64,000 nt of DNA from Candidatus Latescibacterota bacterium (GTDB lineage: Bacteria > Latescibacterota > UBA2968 > UBA8231): contig OZ242318.1 of NCBI GenBank assembly GCA_965208105.1, positions 3,776,001 to 3,840,000 on the forward strand. The letters are read 5' to 3'. The notes below the pieces were generated by a model that was given only the letters and a program-made list of their open reading frames with translations, was not told the origin of the DNA and ran no database searches. Of this stretch, positions 10,384 through 19,832 are shown piece after piece; positions within the stretch are counted from its first letter, which is position 1; each line of letters starts with the position of its first letter. The position numbers and the translations under genes were made by a program.

Positions 10384-12381
10384 ATGACGGGAGGAGCCGC
10401 ATCGGATAGAATGCTGGAATACCGTTTGGCCACCGAGGAGAAGAAGCGGCTGAGGGGCCATCAACTGGTTTGGTTCATGTTGAAGCGCGGCGCGGTCAGC
10501 CTGCACTGGTACTGCACCGCCATTCTCGTCGCGCTCGTGAGTGTGGGCATCGAATTCCTGCGGCCCATCCCCGGCGCGATCATCATCGGCAGCATTCTGC
10601 CGCTGGTGGTGGACTTGCAGGAAAGCAGTTATGCGTTAATCACCCTATGCCTGGTCTGGGCCCTCCTCGAAGTAATTAGGGTGATCGTGGTAATGGTCTA
10701 CCAGTATCTGTCTACCGAAGGGTCGTTCAACCTGATGTACGACCTGCGTCGGCGCTTTCTGGGCGATATGGAGGAGATGAACGAAGAATCGAAGCAATCG
10801 CTCGGGCTCGGCCGGCTCTACACCACCTACAGCAGCGACCTGCCCGCCTACGGCCAGTTCTACAGAGATTTTCTCCCCGGCCTCATCACCAACCTCATCA
10901 ACATCGTCGCCACTTTCGGGGTGATCTACTTCATGTCGCCGGCGATTTTCACCTTGCTGCTTCTGGTAATACCGCTGCAGGCGTTTGTCATGTCGTTCTT
11001 TCGGTCCCGCATTCGCAGCAACCGGCGGAAACACAGTCAGCTGCGGGATACGGCGATGTCCATGTTCAACGAATCGCTGGAGAATGCGGACTTGATCAAG
11101 TCGTTCGACGCGGTCGAACGCATGAGCGGACGAACGCTGAGCACGGTAGAGGGGATGATCGCCCAGCAACGGAAGAATCGAAACTACCGGAATGCCTGGA
11201 TAGCCTGCAGCAACGCCGTGTCGATAACGTTTACGATCGGTGTCGCCCTCATAGCCGGTTTACAGGTGATCGAAGGGGCGATTTCCCTGACCTTCTACAT
11301 CGTGATCAACGTCTACGCTCAGCGGGTGCTCAGGCCGATCATGGCCGTAATACAGTCGTGGCAGGATATCATCCCGCTGATGGTGAGCGTGCAGTGGAGC
11401 GAGGAGTTCTTCGCTGCGGCCGAAGGCGTCCAGCGGCGGGCGCGCCCCAGACAGATCCCGATAACGAGTCACAAAATCGAATTCGAGAACGTCACCTTTC
11501 GCTACCCGGGCACGCCCGATTCCGCCCGACCCGCACTGGACGGAATCTCCTTTCGCGTGCCCCCCGGCCAAATGACCGTACTGTGCGGAGCCAGCGGCTG
11601 TGGCAAATCGACGGTGTTGAAGTTGCTGAGGGGCCACCTGGAGACCGCCGAAGGCGCGGTGCTGCTGGGGGGGAACGACGTGCGCGAAATAGACCGCAAG
11701 AATCTCTCTCTGCTGATGGCCTATCTGTCCCAGAAAATCTCCTTGCTGTCCATGTCCATCCTGCAGAACGCCGAGCTGCTCTCCCCAAAATCGAGCGAAG
11801 AAGATCTGCAAAAGGCGCTGCGCATGACCAAGGTACTGGACGAGATCGAGGCCATGGAACAGGAAGTCCGGGTTACCACCAGCGATGTCCGCAGCGGCCC
11901 TTTCCAACGGGTGGGGCGCGCGCTGTTCGGCTTCGAGCCGCGACGAGTCGACCTCATGGAACGCCGCGAGGGATTGGACCGGACGGCCGGTCTTTCGGGG
12001 AATCTCTCCGGTGGACAGCAACAGCGGGTGAGCATCGGATTTTCGCTGCTGACCCGTTGCCCCATCCTGCTGTTCGACGAACCGACCACCGGTCTGGACA
12101 AGTTCTCCGAAAACGAACTGGTGGACACCATCGCCGGGCTCGCCGCGCGGGACCGCACCGTGGTGGTGGTGGCGCATACCCTGGCGCCGTACTTTGCCCT
12201 GCCCGACGACAAGGTTTTTTTCGTGTTCTTGCACAACGGGCGTCTCATCGGCGCCGGCCAGCGGCGGGAGCTGTTGAGAAGTTGTCCCGAATTCGGCGCC
12301 CTGGCCCGGGAAAACGTGCGTCACGTCCTGGCGCTGCAACGTGCCGACCTGGAACTCATGCGCCTGGCGGGAGATCGGTGA
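10384..12381 (+). CDS. ABC exporter, fused permease/ATPase
   Basis: Transmembrane domain plus GASGCGKST, LSGGQQQR and LLFDEPT. Confidence 0.9.
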   Translation: MTGGAASDRMLEYRLATEEKKRLRGHQLVWFMLKRGAVSLHWYCTAILVALVSVGIEFLRPIPGAIIIGSILPLVVDLQESSYALITLCLVWALLEVIRVIVVMVYQYLSTEGSFNLMYDLRRRFLGDMEEMNEESKQSLGLGRLYTTYSSDLPAYGQFYRDFLPGLITNLINIVATFGVIYFMSPAIFTLLLLVIPLQAFVMSFFRSRIRSNRRKHSQLRDTAMSMFNESLENADLIKSFDAVERMSGRTLSTVEGMIAQQRKNRNYRNAWIACSNAVSITFTIGVALIAGLQVIEGAISLTFYIVINVYAQRVLRPIMAVIQSWQDIIPLMVSVQWSEEFFAAAEGVQRRARPRQIPITSHKIEFENVTFRYPGTPDSARPALDGISFRVPPGQMTVLCGASGCGKSTVLKLLRGHLETAEGAVLLGGNDVREIDRKNLSLLMAYLSQKISLLSMSILQNAELLSPKSSEEDLQKALRMTKVLDEIEAMEQEVRVTTSDVRSGPFQRVGRALFGFEPRRVDLMERREGLDRTAGLSGNLSGGQQQRVSIGFSLLTRCPILLFDEPTTGLDKFSENELVDTIAGLAARDRTVVVVAHTLAPYFALPDDKVFFVFLHNGRLIGAGQRRELLRSCPEFGALARENVRHVLALQRADLELMRLAGDR

Positions 12382-13952
12382 TGAACGAGATCCGGGTACT
12401 GGCCAAATCGGCCGAAGAGGCGATCGTCAAGATTCGCGATCGCGCCTTCCTCGTCCAACGGGGCAACCGCTACCTCCTGGTGCGCCGCACTTTCTGGTGG
12501 GTGGTTTGGGTGCTCGTCTGCCTCGGCATCGCCCTGACGGGGGGTCGACCGCTGCTGGCGTTGGCGCTGCTGGCCACTCCGCTGGCTTTCCGGTATCTGG
12601 GCAGACTGCTGAAATCGGCCTTCGGGCTGTTGCTGTTGGCGGCGATCGTCGCCTTTGCGGTCTACCAAGTCGTGGCTCTGGTGCCGAAGATCAGCCGATT
12701 CCTGGAAGGCACGACCTACAAATTCATATCCGGAGAGGGGGCCCGGATCATACCCCATTCCGGCGACCTGGTGCGGCTTTACGCGCAGGACGACTTCTTC
12801 ATCGGGGCGCGGCTGAAATCGGAGGGGGAGACGGTCTATCCCGGAGAGCGCCTGCTCATCGCCGATTTCGCCAAGGAAGTGATGGAACTCGCACAACGGC
12901 AGGAGGAAGTGCGGCCACGAGAAGCGTATGTGGACCTGCTGCTTTCGCAGCACCTGAACAAGCGACGGGATATCCGCACCGACCTCGAGGTTCGGGGACT
13001 GGAGCGCAAACAGGTGGGATTCGAAAAGGAGCAGTTCGAACGCCAGGCTCCCGGGGGAGAATCAACCCTGGAGGCGTATCGTAAGCTGCTCGATCGCGGA
13101 CTGATCTCGAAACGGGAATTTCGCGAAGTCGAACAGGAGTACGAACGCCTGAAGACCACCTACGAGCAACTTGGCCTGGAGGAACGCCAACTGAGCGCCG
13201 AGCTTGGAGACAGCGAGGCGGGCAATGTGCTGGAACAGGAATACCGTTACGAGAAAGCGCAAACGGATTTTCTCAAGTTTCGCACCCAATCGCAGCGGGA
13301 GTGGCTGACGAACTTGGCGTACGTGGCGGCGCCGGGTCGGTCCCCGGACCGTTCCAGCGCGGGTCGGGTATTGGACGCCAACCCGGGCGGGGTGGCGCGG
13401 GCCGGGGAGGAGGGTGGCGGACTCGCCGAGGCATCAAGGGAACCGGGGTGGAGCCATGGAGAGCTGATCTACCTGGCCGGTTCCCGCTCGAGCTCGCAGG
13501 TCAAGCGCGGAGAGCTCGTCGCCGAGATATGGGTGGGAGAACGGCGCAAGCGGATCGGCCTCGAACTTCCCCGGGGCAAAATGGTCGGTATTGAGATCGG
13601 TTCACCGGTGAACTTCATGCTGGACGAGGAGGTGGGGGACTTCGACACGGTGGTGTACGGCCGCGTGAAAAAGATACGGTCCGGTTCGGGGTCGAGCTTT
13701 TGGATCGAAGCCGGCTCCTTGACCGTAGCGCCCGACGACAAGACGCTGGATGATTTCCCCGTGGGACTGGCGGGCAATTACCGTATCGGCCTCCACCCGA
13801 TCAGCCACAGGGAAAAGTACCTCAAGATCAAAGACGAGGCGCAGTCGCTTGGGGCGATGTGGGATTCTCTGCGCGAGTACCTCAGTCGCTACCTGCAAAG
13901 GGAAGCGGGGGAAGACTTCATCGCCACGCCGCCGCCGCGTGGGAACGATTGA
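12381..13952 (+). CDS. HlyD-like membrane fusion protein
   Basis: TGATG coupling to the ABC gene; N-terminal TM helices, GETVYPGE and VKRGELV lipoyl halves, coiled coil with GLISKREF. Confidence 0.7.
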   Translation: MNEIRVLAKSAEEAIVKIRDRAFLVQRGNRYLLVRRTFWWVVWVLVCLGIALTGGRPLLALALLATPLAFRYLGRLLKSAFGLLLLAAIVAFAVYQVVALVPKISRFLEGTTYKFISGEGARIIPHSGDLVRLYAQDDFFIGARLKSEGETVYPGERLLIADFAKEVMELAQRQEEVRPREAYVDLLLSQHLNKRRDIRTDLEVRGLERKQVGFEKEQFERQAPGGESTLEAYRKLLDRGLISKREFREVEQEYERLKTTYEQLGLEERQLSAELGDSEAGNVLEQEYRYEKAQTDFLKFRTQSQREWLTNLAYVAAPGRSPDRSSAGRVLDANPGGVARAGEEGGGLAEASREPGWSHGELIYLAGSRSSSQVKRGELVAEIWVGERRKRIGLELPRGKMVGIEIGSPVNFMLDEEVGDFDTVVYGRVKKIRSGSGSSFWIEAGSLTVAPDDKTLDDFPVGLAGNYRIGLHPISHREKYLKIKDEAQSLGAMWDSLREYLSRYLQREAGEDFIATPPPRGND

Positions 13953-14034
13953 AAATATCCTTGGAATGGGGAGAGAAAGCGTTATACTTTAGGTTTCTTT
14001 CCCCAAAATCCCGGGGTGATTTGAAAGGAACGAA

Positions 14035-14304
14035 ATGTCCAGATTGACCGCGCGCATTCGCATCGTCCGCATGCATGGTGGCGTATACAAGGTGGAAAAG
14101 ATCAAGGTGAGCGACGACCACGGAGACCGCGTCGACGTGTTCAACGTGCCGATCAAAGAGGATCTTGAGTTCTCCACAAAGAACCAAGCGCGGGAACGCG
14201 GAGCCGAGCTTGCCCACGCATTTATCACGAGTAATTACTCCGAAGGTGCTCGCTACCAGATTCAGTGGAAAACGAGGGTAGAGATACGTCGGGAGGTCGG
14301 TTGA
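14035..14304 (+). CDS. Small hypothetical protein (89 aa)
   Basis: RBS AAAGGA; putative promoter TTGGAA-16-TATACT at 13961-13988. Confidence 0.6.
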   Translation: MSRLTARIRIVRMHGGVYKVEKIKVSDDHGDRVDVFNVPIKEDLEFSTKNQARERGAELAHAFITSNYSEGARYQIQWKTRVEIRREVG

Positions 14305-14733
14305 GAAAACGCTGGGTCAATAAGAGCTACCGGTTCAAGAGACCAATCCCAGGATGGCGCCCCCGTCCACCGCGCTGAGGTCCCCCATAAACTCCCTGTG
14401 CCACCCGCGCAGCATGCGCCGGCTTACCGCCTGTTCCCCCCGTTAAACAGATCCTTCAGTTCCGCCCGCGAGGTGCCAGCTGCGGGTCGATGCCCAGGAC
14501 AGCTCCCCGTCGACGCACGTAATCGAGCAGGGCATCGATATGCCGCACCGAAATGAGTGCCGTAGCCTGATAGGAAGGAACTTCACGCTGCAATCACTTT
14601 TGCAGATATCTCAGGACCTGACCTATGTAAGTATTTGATGTACATGTCGTGAAACTTCCTTGAAGGTGACATCTGTGTATTGCGATTGGTCGTCTTGTGT
14701 TCCATGATGGCATACAACTCGGGAGCAGGTCAC

Positions 14734-17467
14734 CTACGCGCTGTAGAACGCAGCCGGCTCCCTGACCACACCAGCATCGAAACTGGACTGCGTCGCGTAG
14801 GGACCCCGCAGGTAGATCGATTCTTCTTTGGGGGTTCCGTGTTTAACGCAGACGAGACCGATCGAGTACTGAGGGTGCACCTCCGGGAATACCCATTGGC
14901 GATTGTTGACCAGCATGGTCACATCCACCCGTTCCGCATCGTCGAATCCGGGGCGGTCGCGGAGGAACACCTCGGGAAAAGCCACCGGGAAGTGCAGAGC
15001 ATGGAGACTGCCAAGCTCCTGCTGCGCGATCCGTGCCGCCTCCGATTCGTCGGCCTTTTCCGCAATCTGCTTCCAATCCTCGAAGGAGGATTGAGTCATC
15101 TCTTGATCCTCGGAGATGGGTTGGGCGGCAATCAAATCGCAGAGCGTTGCGGTGCTGCGGATTGCCGAGTGGGCATCTCGCGTTGCTTGGCGGGCGGCGG
15201 CGATGTCCTGCAACGACGTATCGTTGATATTGGCGAGCCGCCTCAGGGGAGCAGCCGCGCGGCCGAGCAAGCTCTCAGCATCGATTAGAAATAGAGGCCA
15301 GGAGCGTTTTTCGAATTCCTTTTTGATCTCGTCGAGGGTGCCGACGCCGACCAGGGAGTTGCCGTGAACCAGGTTGTGATCCAGAAAGGAGAGCGGGAGG
15401 CCGGGCACGAAGGTGTGGATCCACACTGCAAGGCGAGCGAGCTGGACCGACAGGTTGTTGAGATCGACACCGTAAATGCAGCGTCGGGCGATCAAACGGC
15501 GCAACAACTGGCCGTCCTCGATCGTGGTGTTCTCCCCAAGATCCCCCAATTCTCCCAAGGCGGCGGCGCGAAGATGCGCCAGTTCCCGGCGCACCCCCGG
15601 CAGGTTCCACGCGGCGAGATAGTCGGCCATGCGTTTTTCGATGTGGTCGATGGCGCCGATCAGAAAGTGGCCCGAGCCCATGGCGATATCGGCCACTCGG
15701 AAGTCGAAGAAGGCCCAGGCCGCATCCGCATCATCCATGCCGTCGAGGCGCGCGAAGTGGTCGCTCAACGCGGGCTCCAGCGCGCCGTTCAACAGGTGCT
15801 CCACGGCGAACCGCTTGGTGTAGTAGCTGCCCGACGACTTGCGCTCGCCTGAGCGGTTTTGCAGGTAGGTCTCGCCTGCCGACACGCTGGGATCCTCTCC
15901 CCGGCGCGCCGGGGCGTACACCAACTCACCCTTCTGCATTCTGAGGACGAGGTCGGACTCGGCCACCGCCAGCTCGGATTCCAAAAGTCCCTCGTAGATG
16001 GTACCGAACTCGCGCACCCCGAGGGAGCGAAAATCGACCGGTCCGGCGACCCCTTCCGGTGTCTCGATGACTAGAAGTTGGCGGAGGGCGTTCTCGAAGC
16101 AATGGTTGGGCAAGGTGATGGCAGCCAGTTCGGCGCCGGTCCCCGAAGCTGCGGCTTCACTCTCGAACAATCCGCCGTCATAAGCCGGGACTCCCCACTC
16201 GGCATTTCCCCGGGCCACCGCCTGCCAGAGCAACGCGGTTTCCTGCCAGTGGGAATCCCCCTCGGCGATGGAAGTATCCCGGGCGACGGCATCGGCCAGT
16301 TCCTGCGCCTTCTGCTTCAAAGAGCGGCGGCGGTTGGCGTCGTTGTAGCGATAGGGCAGAAGATCGCGATCTTCCGCATAGGCGATGAACAACAGCCGGA
16401 ACAGGACGGTCAGCGCCATTTCGTAGGCGCGCCAAGTCCTGGGATTCGGTCGATCGATGCCGTGCGGCGGCGGCGATACCACGGGCGAGTTCGGGGACCA
16501 CATGGTCGTAAATCCGTTCCCGCAAGCGTTCGGCCAGGTTTCCGGCAAAGCGCTGCGATCCCTCCAGGATTTGCTCTAAGCTGCCGTCTGGAGCCAGGGC
16601 CTCGGCAGAGTAGAGCAGCCAGAGATAGGGGATATGCTCTTCAGTAAGCAACGAAGGCTGGCACTCGATGTAAGTCTCGGTGCGACCACGGTGCCCAACC
16701 CCGGCATCGACACCAGTGGCATAGAGGCGGAGCCGGTTGCCCTGGGTAAGGACGACCCAGGGAAGGTTTTCGTCGTCGGCTTTCTTGAAGGCGTAGCTGA
16801 TGGGAGAAAGGCTGTTGAAGCGGGCAGACCCGGCTTCCGCGGACTCGCTTTCGCGCAGCATGACCGCGAGCGCAGTGCGGCGTTCACCGCTGCGCAGGAG
16901 GTTGGTCAGGTTGTCGAGGGGCTCGACGGAAAAGCCGAGTGCATCCAGCAGCTTTCCTTCTCGCTTGCTCAGCACTCCAGCTGCCTTGCGTTTCGCCTCG
17001 GCCCAGTCGGGACGCTGAGGTACCGCCCGCTCGAGTTCGTGAAGCGCCAGCAACCCCTCGTTGTTGAGGCCGGGCAGCGCCGTTTCCAGCGATGGCAGGG
17101 CTTGGGCAAGTAGTCGAAGGGCCGCGTGGCGGTCGGGCTGAGCGAGCACCTCGCGGCAGAGGCGCTCCACTTGCCCCGGTTCCATGTCGGTGTAGACCGG
17201 CGGCGATTCCCCTGAGGGGCCGCAGAGCGACGCTTTCTCTGGGCGCAGAACGACCAGGAGCACCGGTGCGGCGCGCCGTCCTTTTCTCGACTTCCAGCAA
17301 TTGACCAGGATTGTTCGGCCAGGTTTCCGGGAAGCCGTTGCGACGGCGACTTCGATTGCACTCGTCCCTTCGCCGACGAACAGGCCGGCCGGTTGAAAAC
17401 CATGGTACGCATCAGGAGACCATGGTCGTGGCAGGAGGTCGGGAAGGAATTTGGCTACGTTCGACAT
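14734..17467 (-). pseudogene. Type IIG/Eco57I-like restriction-modification adenine methyltransferase, frameshifted, internally deleted and truncated
   Basis: LFRLLF..YAE, FGTIYEGLLE, RKSSGSYYT, DIAMGSGHFL, IYGVDLN, FPEVF..PGFD; frame switch near 16420-16470; NPPW motif absent. Confidence 0.85.
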
Positions 17468-17498
17468 AATCTCATCTTAGGACTGTGATATCAAGGCG

Positions 17499-19277
17499 TC
17501 AAGAACTGTCTCGATGTAAACGGATCCCTAAATGCAGCTCCCGCAACTGCTCGGGAGACACCTCGCCCGGGGCTCCCATGAGCAGGTCCTGGCCGTTCTG
17601 GTTCATCGGGAAGGCGATCACCTCCCGGATGTTGGGTTCGTCGGATAGCAGCATGAGGATGCGGTCGATGCCGGGGGCGATGCCGCCGTGGGGCGGAGCG
17701 CCGTAGCGCAGGGCGCGGATCATGCCCCCGAACCGGCGCTCCACTTCTTTCCGCGAATACCCGGCTATCTCGAACGCCTTGTACATGATGTCCGGTCTGT
17801 GGTTGCGGATGGCGCCGCTCGACAGCTCGAGGCCATTGCAGACGATGTCGTACTGACATGCCTTGATCTCCAGCGGCAGCCGGGTCTCCAGTGCAGCCAT
17901 GCCGCCCCGGGGCATGGAGAACGGGTTGTGGGAGAAGGCGACGCGGGCGCGTTTTTCGTCCCATTCGTACATGGGGAAATCCACGACCCAGCAGAACTCG
18001 TAGCGGCCCTCCCGCCGCAGGCCGAGCCGGTCCGCCAGGTGCAGGCGCAATCTTCCCGCCAGGAGGGCTGCCTCGTCTAACCGCCCGGCGATGAAGAAGA
18101 TGGCCGAACCGGGAGCGGCTGCGCACTTGTCGATGATGCGCTCGCGGCTGCTTCGCTCCAGGGCCGCGGCGATGGGACCTGAGGCGCCCTGCGCCCCGTT
18201 GACGAGGTAAGCCAGACCCTGGCCTCCCGCTTCTTTGACGAACGCCTCGAGGCTGTCGTAGAACGAACGCGGCCGCTCCTCCATTTCGGGGACGCACAGG
18301 GCGCGGACGGCCCCTCCTGTTGCCACCGACTCCCTGAACAGCCTGAACGAAGAGTCCGCGAAGACCCCGGAGAGGTCCTGGATTTCGAGCCCGAAGCGCA
18401 GGTCCGGTTTGTCCGTGCCGAAGCGCAGCATGGCCTCGGCGTGGGAGATACGCGGAAACGGCGGCGCGGTCACTTCCCAGCCGCTGAACTCCCGGAAGAG
18501 GCTGGAAAAGAGCTCCTCGATCACGGCGAAGACGTCCTCCTGCTTGACGAAGGCCATCTCCAGGTCGAGCTGGTAGAATTCGCCGGGGGAGCGGTCGGCG
18601 CGGGCGTCCTCGTCGCGGAAGCAGGGCGCGATCTGGAAGTAGCGGTCGAAGCCGGAAACCATCAACATCTGCTTGAACTGCTGCGGCGCCTGCGGCAGGG
18701 CGTAGAAGCGGCCGGGGTAGCTCCGGCTCGGCACCAGGTAGTCGCGCGCGCCCTCGGGGGAGCTGCTGGTGAGGATGGGGGTCTGGAACTCTGCGAAGCC
18801 CATCTCGGTCAAGCGCCGCCTGATACTGGCGATCACCTCCGACCTGAGCTGGATGCGCCGGTGCAGCCCGGCCCGGCGCAGGTCGAGGAAGCGATAGGAC
18901 AAGCGGATGCTCTCCCCCACCTCCGACTCATCCGCCACGGGAAAAGGAAGGGGATCGGCCGCCGAGAGCACCTCCAATCCGCGGACGGCTATTTCGATCT
19001 CTCCGGTATTCATCGCCCTGTTGATGGTCTCGGGCGTCCGCTCGCGAACCTCGCCATCGACGCGGACCACGGACTCCCGGGTCACCTTTGCCGCGGCTGC
19101 CGCCGAGTCGTTATCCGGCGCGACCACCAGTTGGGTGATGCCGTAGTGGTCGCGCAGGTCCAGGAACAGTACGCCCCCGTGGTCCCTCTTGCGGTGTATC
19201 CAGCCGCTCAGGCGAATGGTCTGGCCTGCGTGGCGCTCGCGCAGCTCGCCGCAGGTGTGGGTGCGATAGGGGTGCAT
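17499..19277 (-). CDS. aspS: Aspartate--tRNA(Asp/Asn) ligase, probably non-discriminating
   Basis: [44 protein letters not shown]; RBS GGAGG. Confidence 0.97.
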   Translation of the reverse strand: MHPYRTHTCGELRERHAGQTIRLSGWIHRKRDHGGVLFLDLRDHYGITQLVVAPDNDSAAAAAKVTRESVVRVDGEVRERTPETINRAMNTGEIEIAVRGLEVLSAADPLPFPVADESEVGESIRLSYRFLDLRRAGLHRRIQLRSEVIASIRRRLTEMGFAEFQTPILTSSSPEGARDYLVPSRSYPGRFYALPQAPQQFKQMLMVSGFDRYFQIAPCFRDEDARADRSPGEFYQLDLEMAFVKQEDVFAVIEELFSSLFREFSGWEVTAPPFPRISHAEAMLRFGTDKPDLRFGLEIQDLSGVFADSSFRLFRESVATGGAVRALCVPEMEERPRSFYDSLEAFVKEAGGQGLAYLVNGAQGASGPIAAALERSSRERIIDKCAAAPGSAIFFIAGRLDEAALLAGRLRLHLADRLGLRREGRYEFCWVVDFPMYEWDEKRARVAFSHNPFSMPRGGMAALETRLPLEIKACQYDIVCNGLELSSGAIRNHRPDIMYKAFEIAGYSRKEVERRFGGMIRALRYGAPPHGGIAPGIDRILMLLSDEPNIREVIAFPMNQNGQDLLMGAPGEVSPEQLRELHLGIRLHRDSS

Positions 19278-19305
19278 GGCAGCCTCCAGGTTTCGGTTGT
19301 ACATG

Positions 19306-19343
19306 AAAAAACCCGCCGTCGGCGCGGGGCTCGACAGCGGGTT
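19306..19343 (-). terminator. Attenuator terminator 2 (proximal to aspS)
   Basis: AACCCGCUGUCG-loop-CGACGGCGGGUU followed by a U tract. Confidence 0.85.
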
Positions 19344-19363
19344 GGGGTGAGGGTGCATTCTGA

Positions 19364-19456
19364 TCACGGCCAACGCCATCGAGCCCGGATGGCGGGGTTA
19401 TTGTTGCTGTCGCTATTGGAAAAGGCGTGTGCCGCGTGCTTGTGCCGTGATGTCAT
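19364..19456 (-). CDS. Asn-rich leader peptide 2, [30 protein letters not shown]
   Basis: GGAG RBS at 19465-19468; NNN at codons 18-20; overlaps the antiterminator segment. Confidence 0.75.
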   Translation of the reverse strand: MTSRHKHAAHAFSNSDSNNNPAIRARWRWP

Positions 19457-19468
19457 TTCAAAATCTCC

Positions 19469-19509
19469 AAAAACAAAAACCCGCCGCGATGCGTGTTCGC
19501 GACGGGTTT
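19469..19509 (-). terminator. Attenuator terminator 1
   Basis: AAACCCGUCGCGA-loop-UCGCGGCGGGUUU followed by UUGUUUUU. Confidence 0.85.
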
Positions 19510-19539
19510 GGGATTTTCAGATTCGCTCGGAGTCAGTCG

Positions 19540-19626
19540 TCAGAACACGCGCAGTGGGGCCAGCGGATTATTATTGCCGGAATTGGCCTGGTTGTTGCAG
19601 GTGCGGTCTTTCTGACGGGTAAGCAT
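19540..19626 (-). CDS. Asn-rich leader peptide 1, MLTRQKDRTCNNQANSGNNNPLAPLRVF
   Basis: 6 Asn of 28 aa with NNN at codons 18-20; begins 8 nt after a -10 box. Confidence 0.75.
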   Translation of the reverse strand: MLTRQKDRTCNNQANSGNNNPLAPLRVF

Positions 19627-19634
19627 GATGGACA

Positions 19635-19662
19635 AAGATAGCGCCCCGCCGAAATCTGTCAA
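19635..19662 (-). promoter_or_regulatory. Promoter of the aspS leader
   Basis: TTGACA-16bp-TATCTT(TG) on the minus strand. Confidence 0.65.
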
Positions 19663-19832
19663 GCAGGGGAAGGGCAAGCCGTTGGGACAGGCAGAGGGAG
19701 GGGCGATGTGGTCGAACTCCTCCCGGGCCGGACCCCGGAGAAATCCAGTGCGGATCATGCCGGTCCGCTTTTCTACCGGGTTGATGTCCATGCCGCAGTT
19801 TCACAATTGCCGGGCGACACACCAGGGATCTG

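Noticed and set aside
19278-19379. 34-aa N-terminal extension of aspS in the ORF track
   Set aside because: It runs through the attenuator terminator; the conserved start MHPYRTH has its own GGAGG RBS
19300-19660. T-box riboswitch upstream of aspS
   Set aside because: No UGGnACCGCG T-box motif seen; the uORF architecture explains the region
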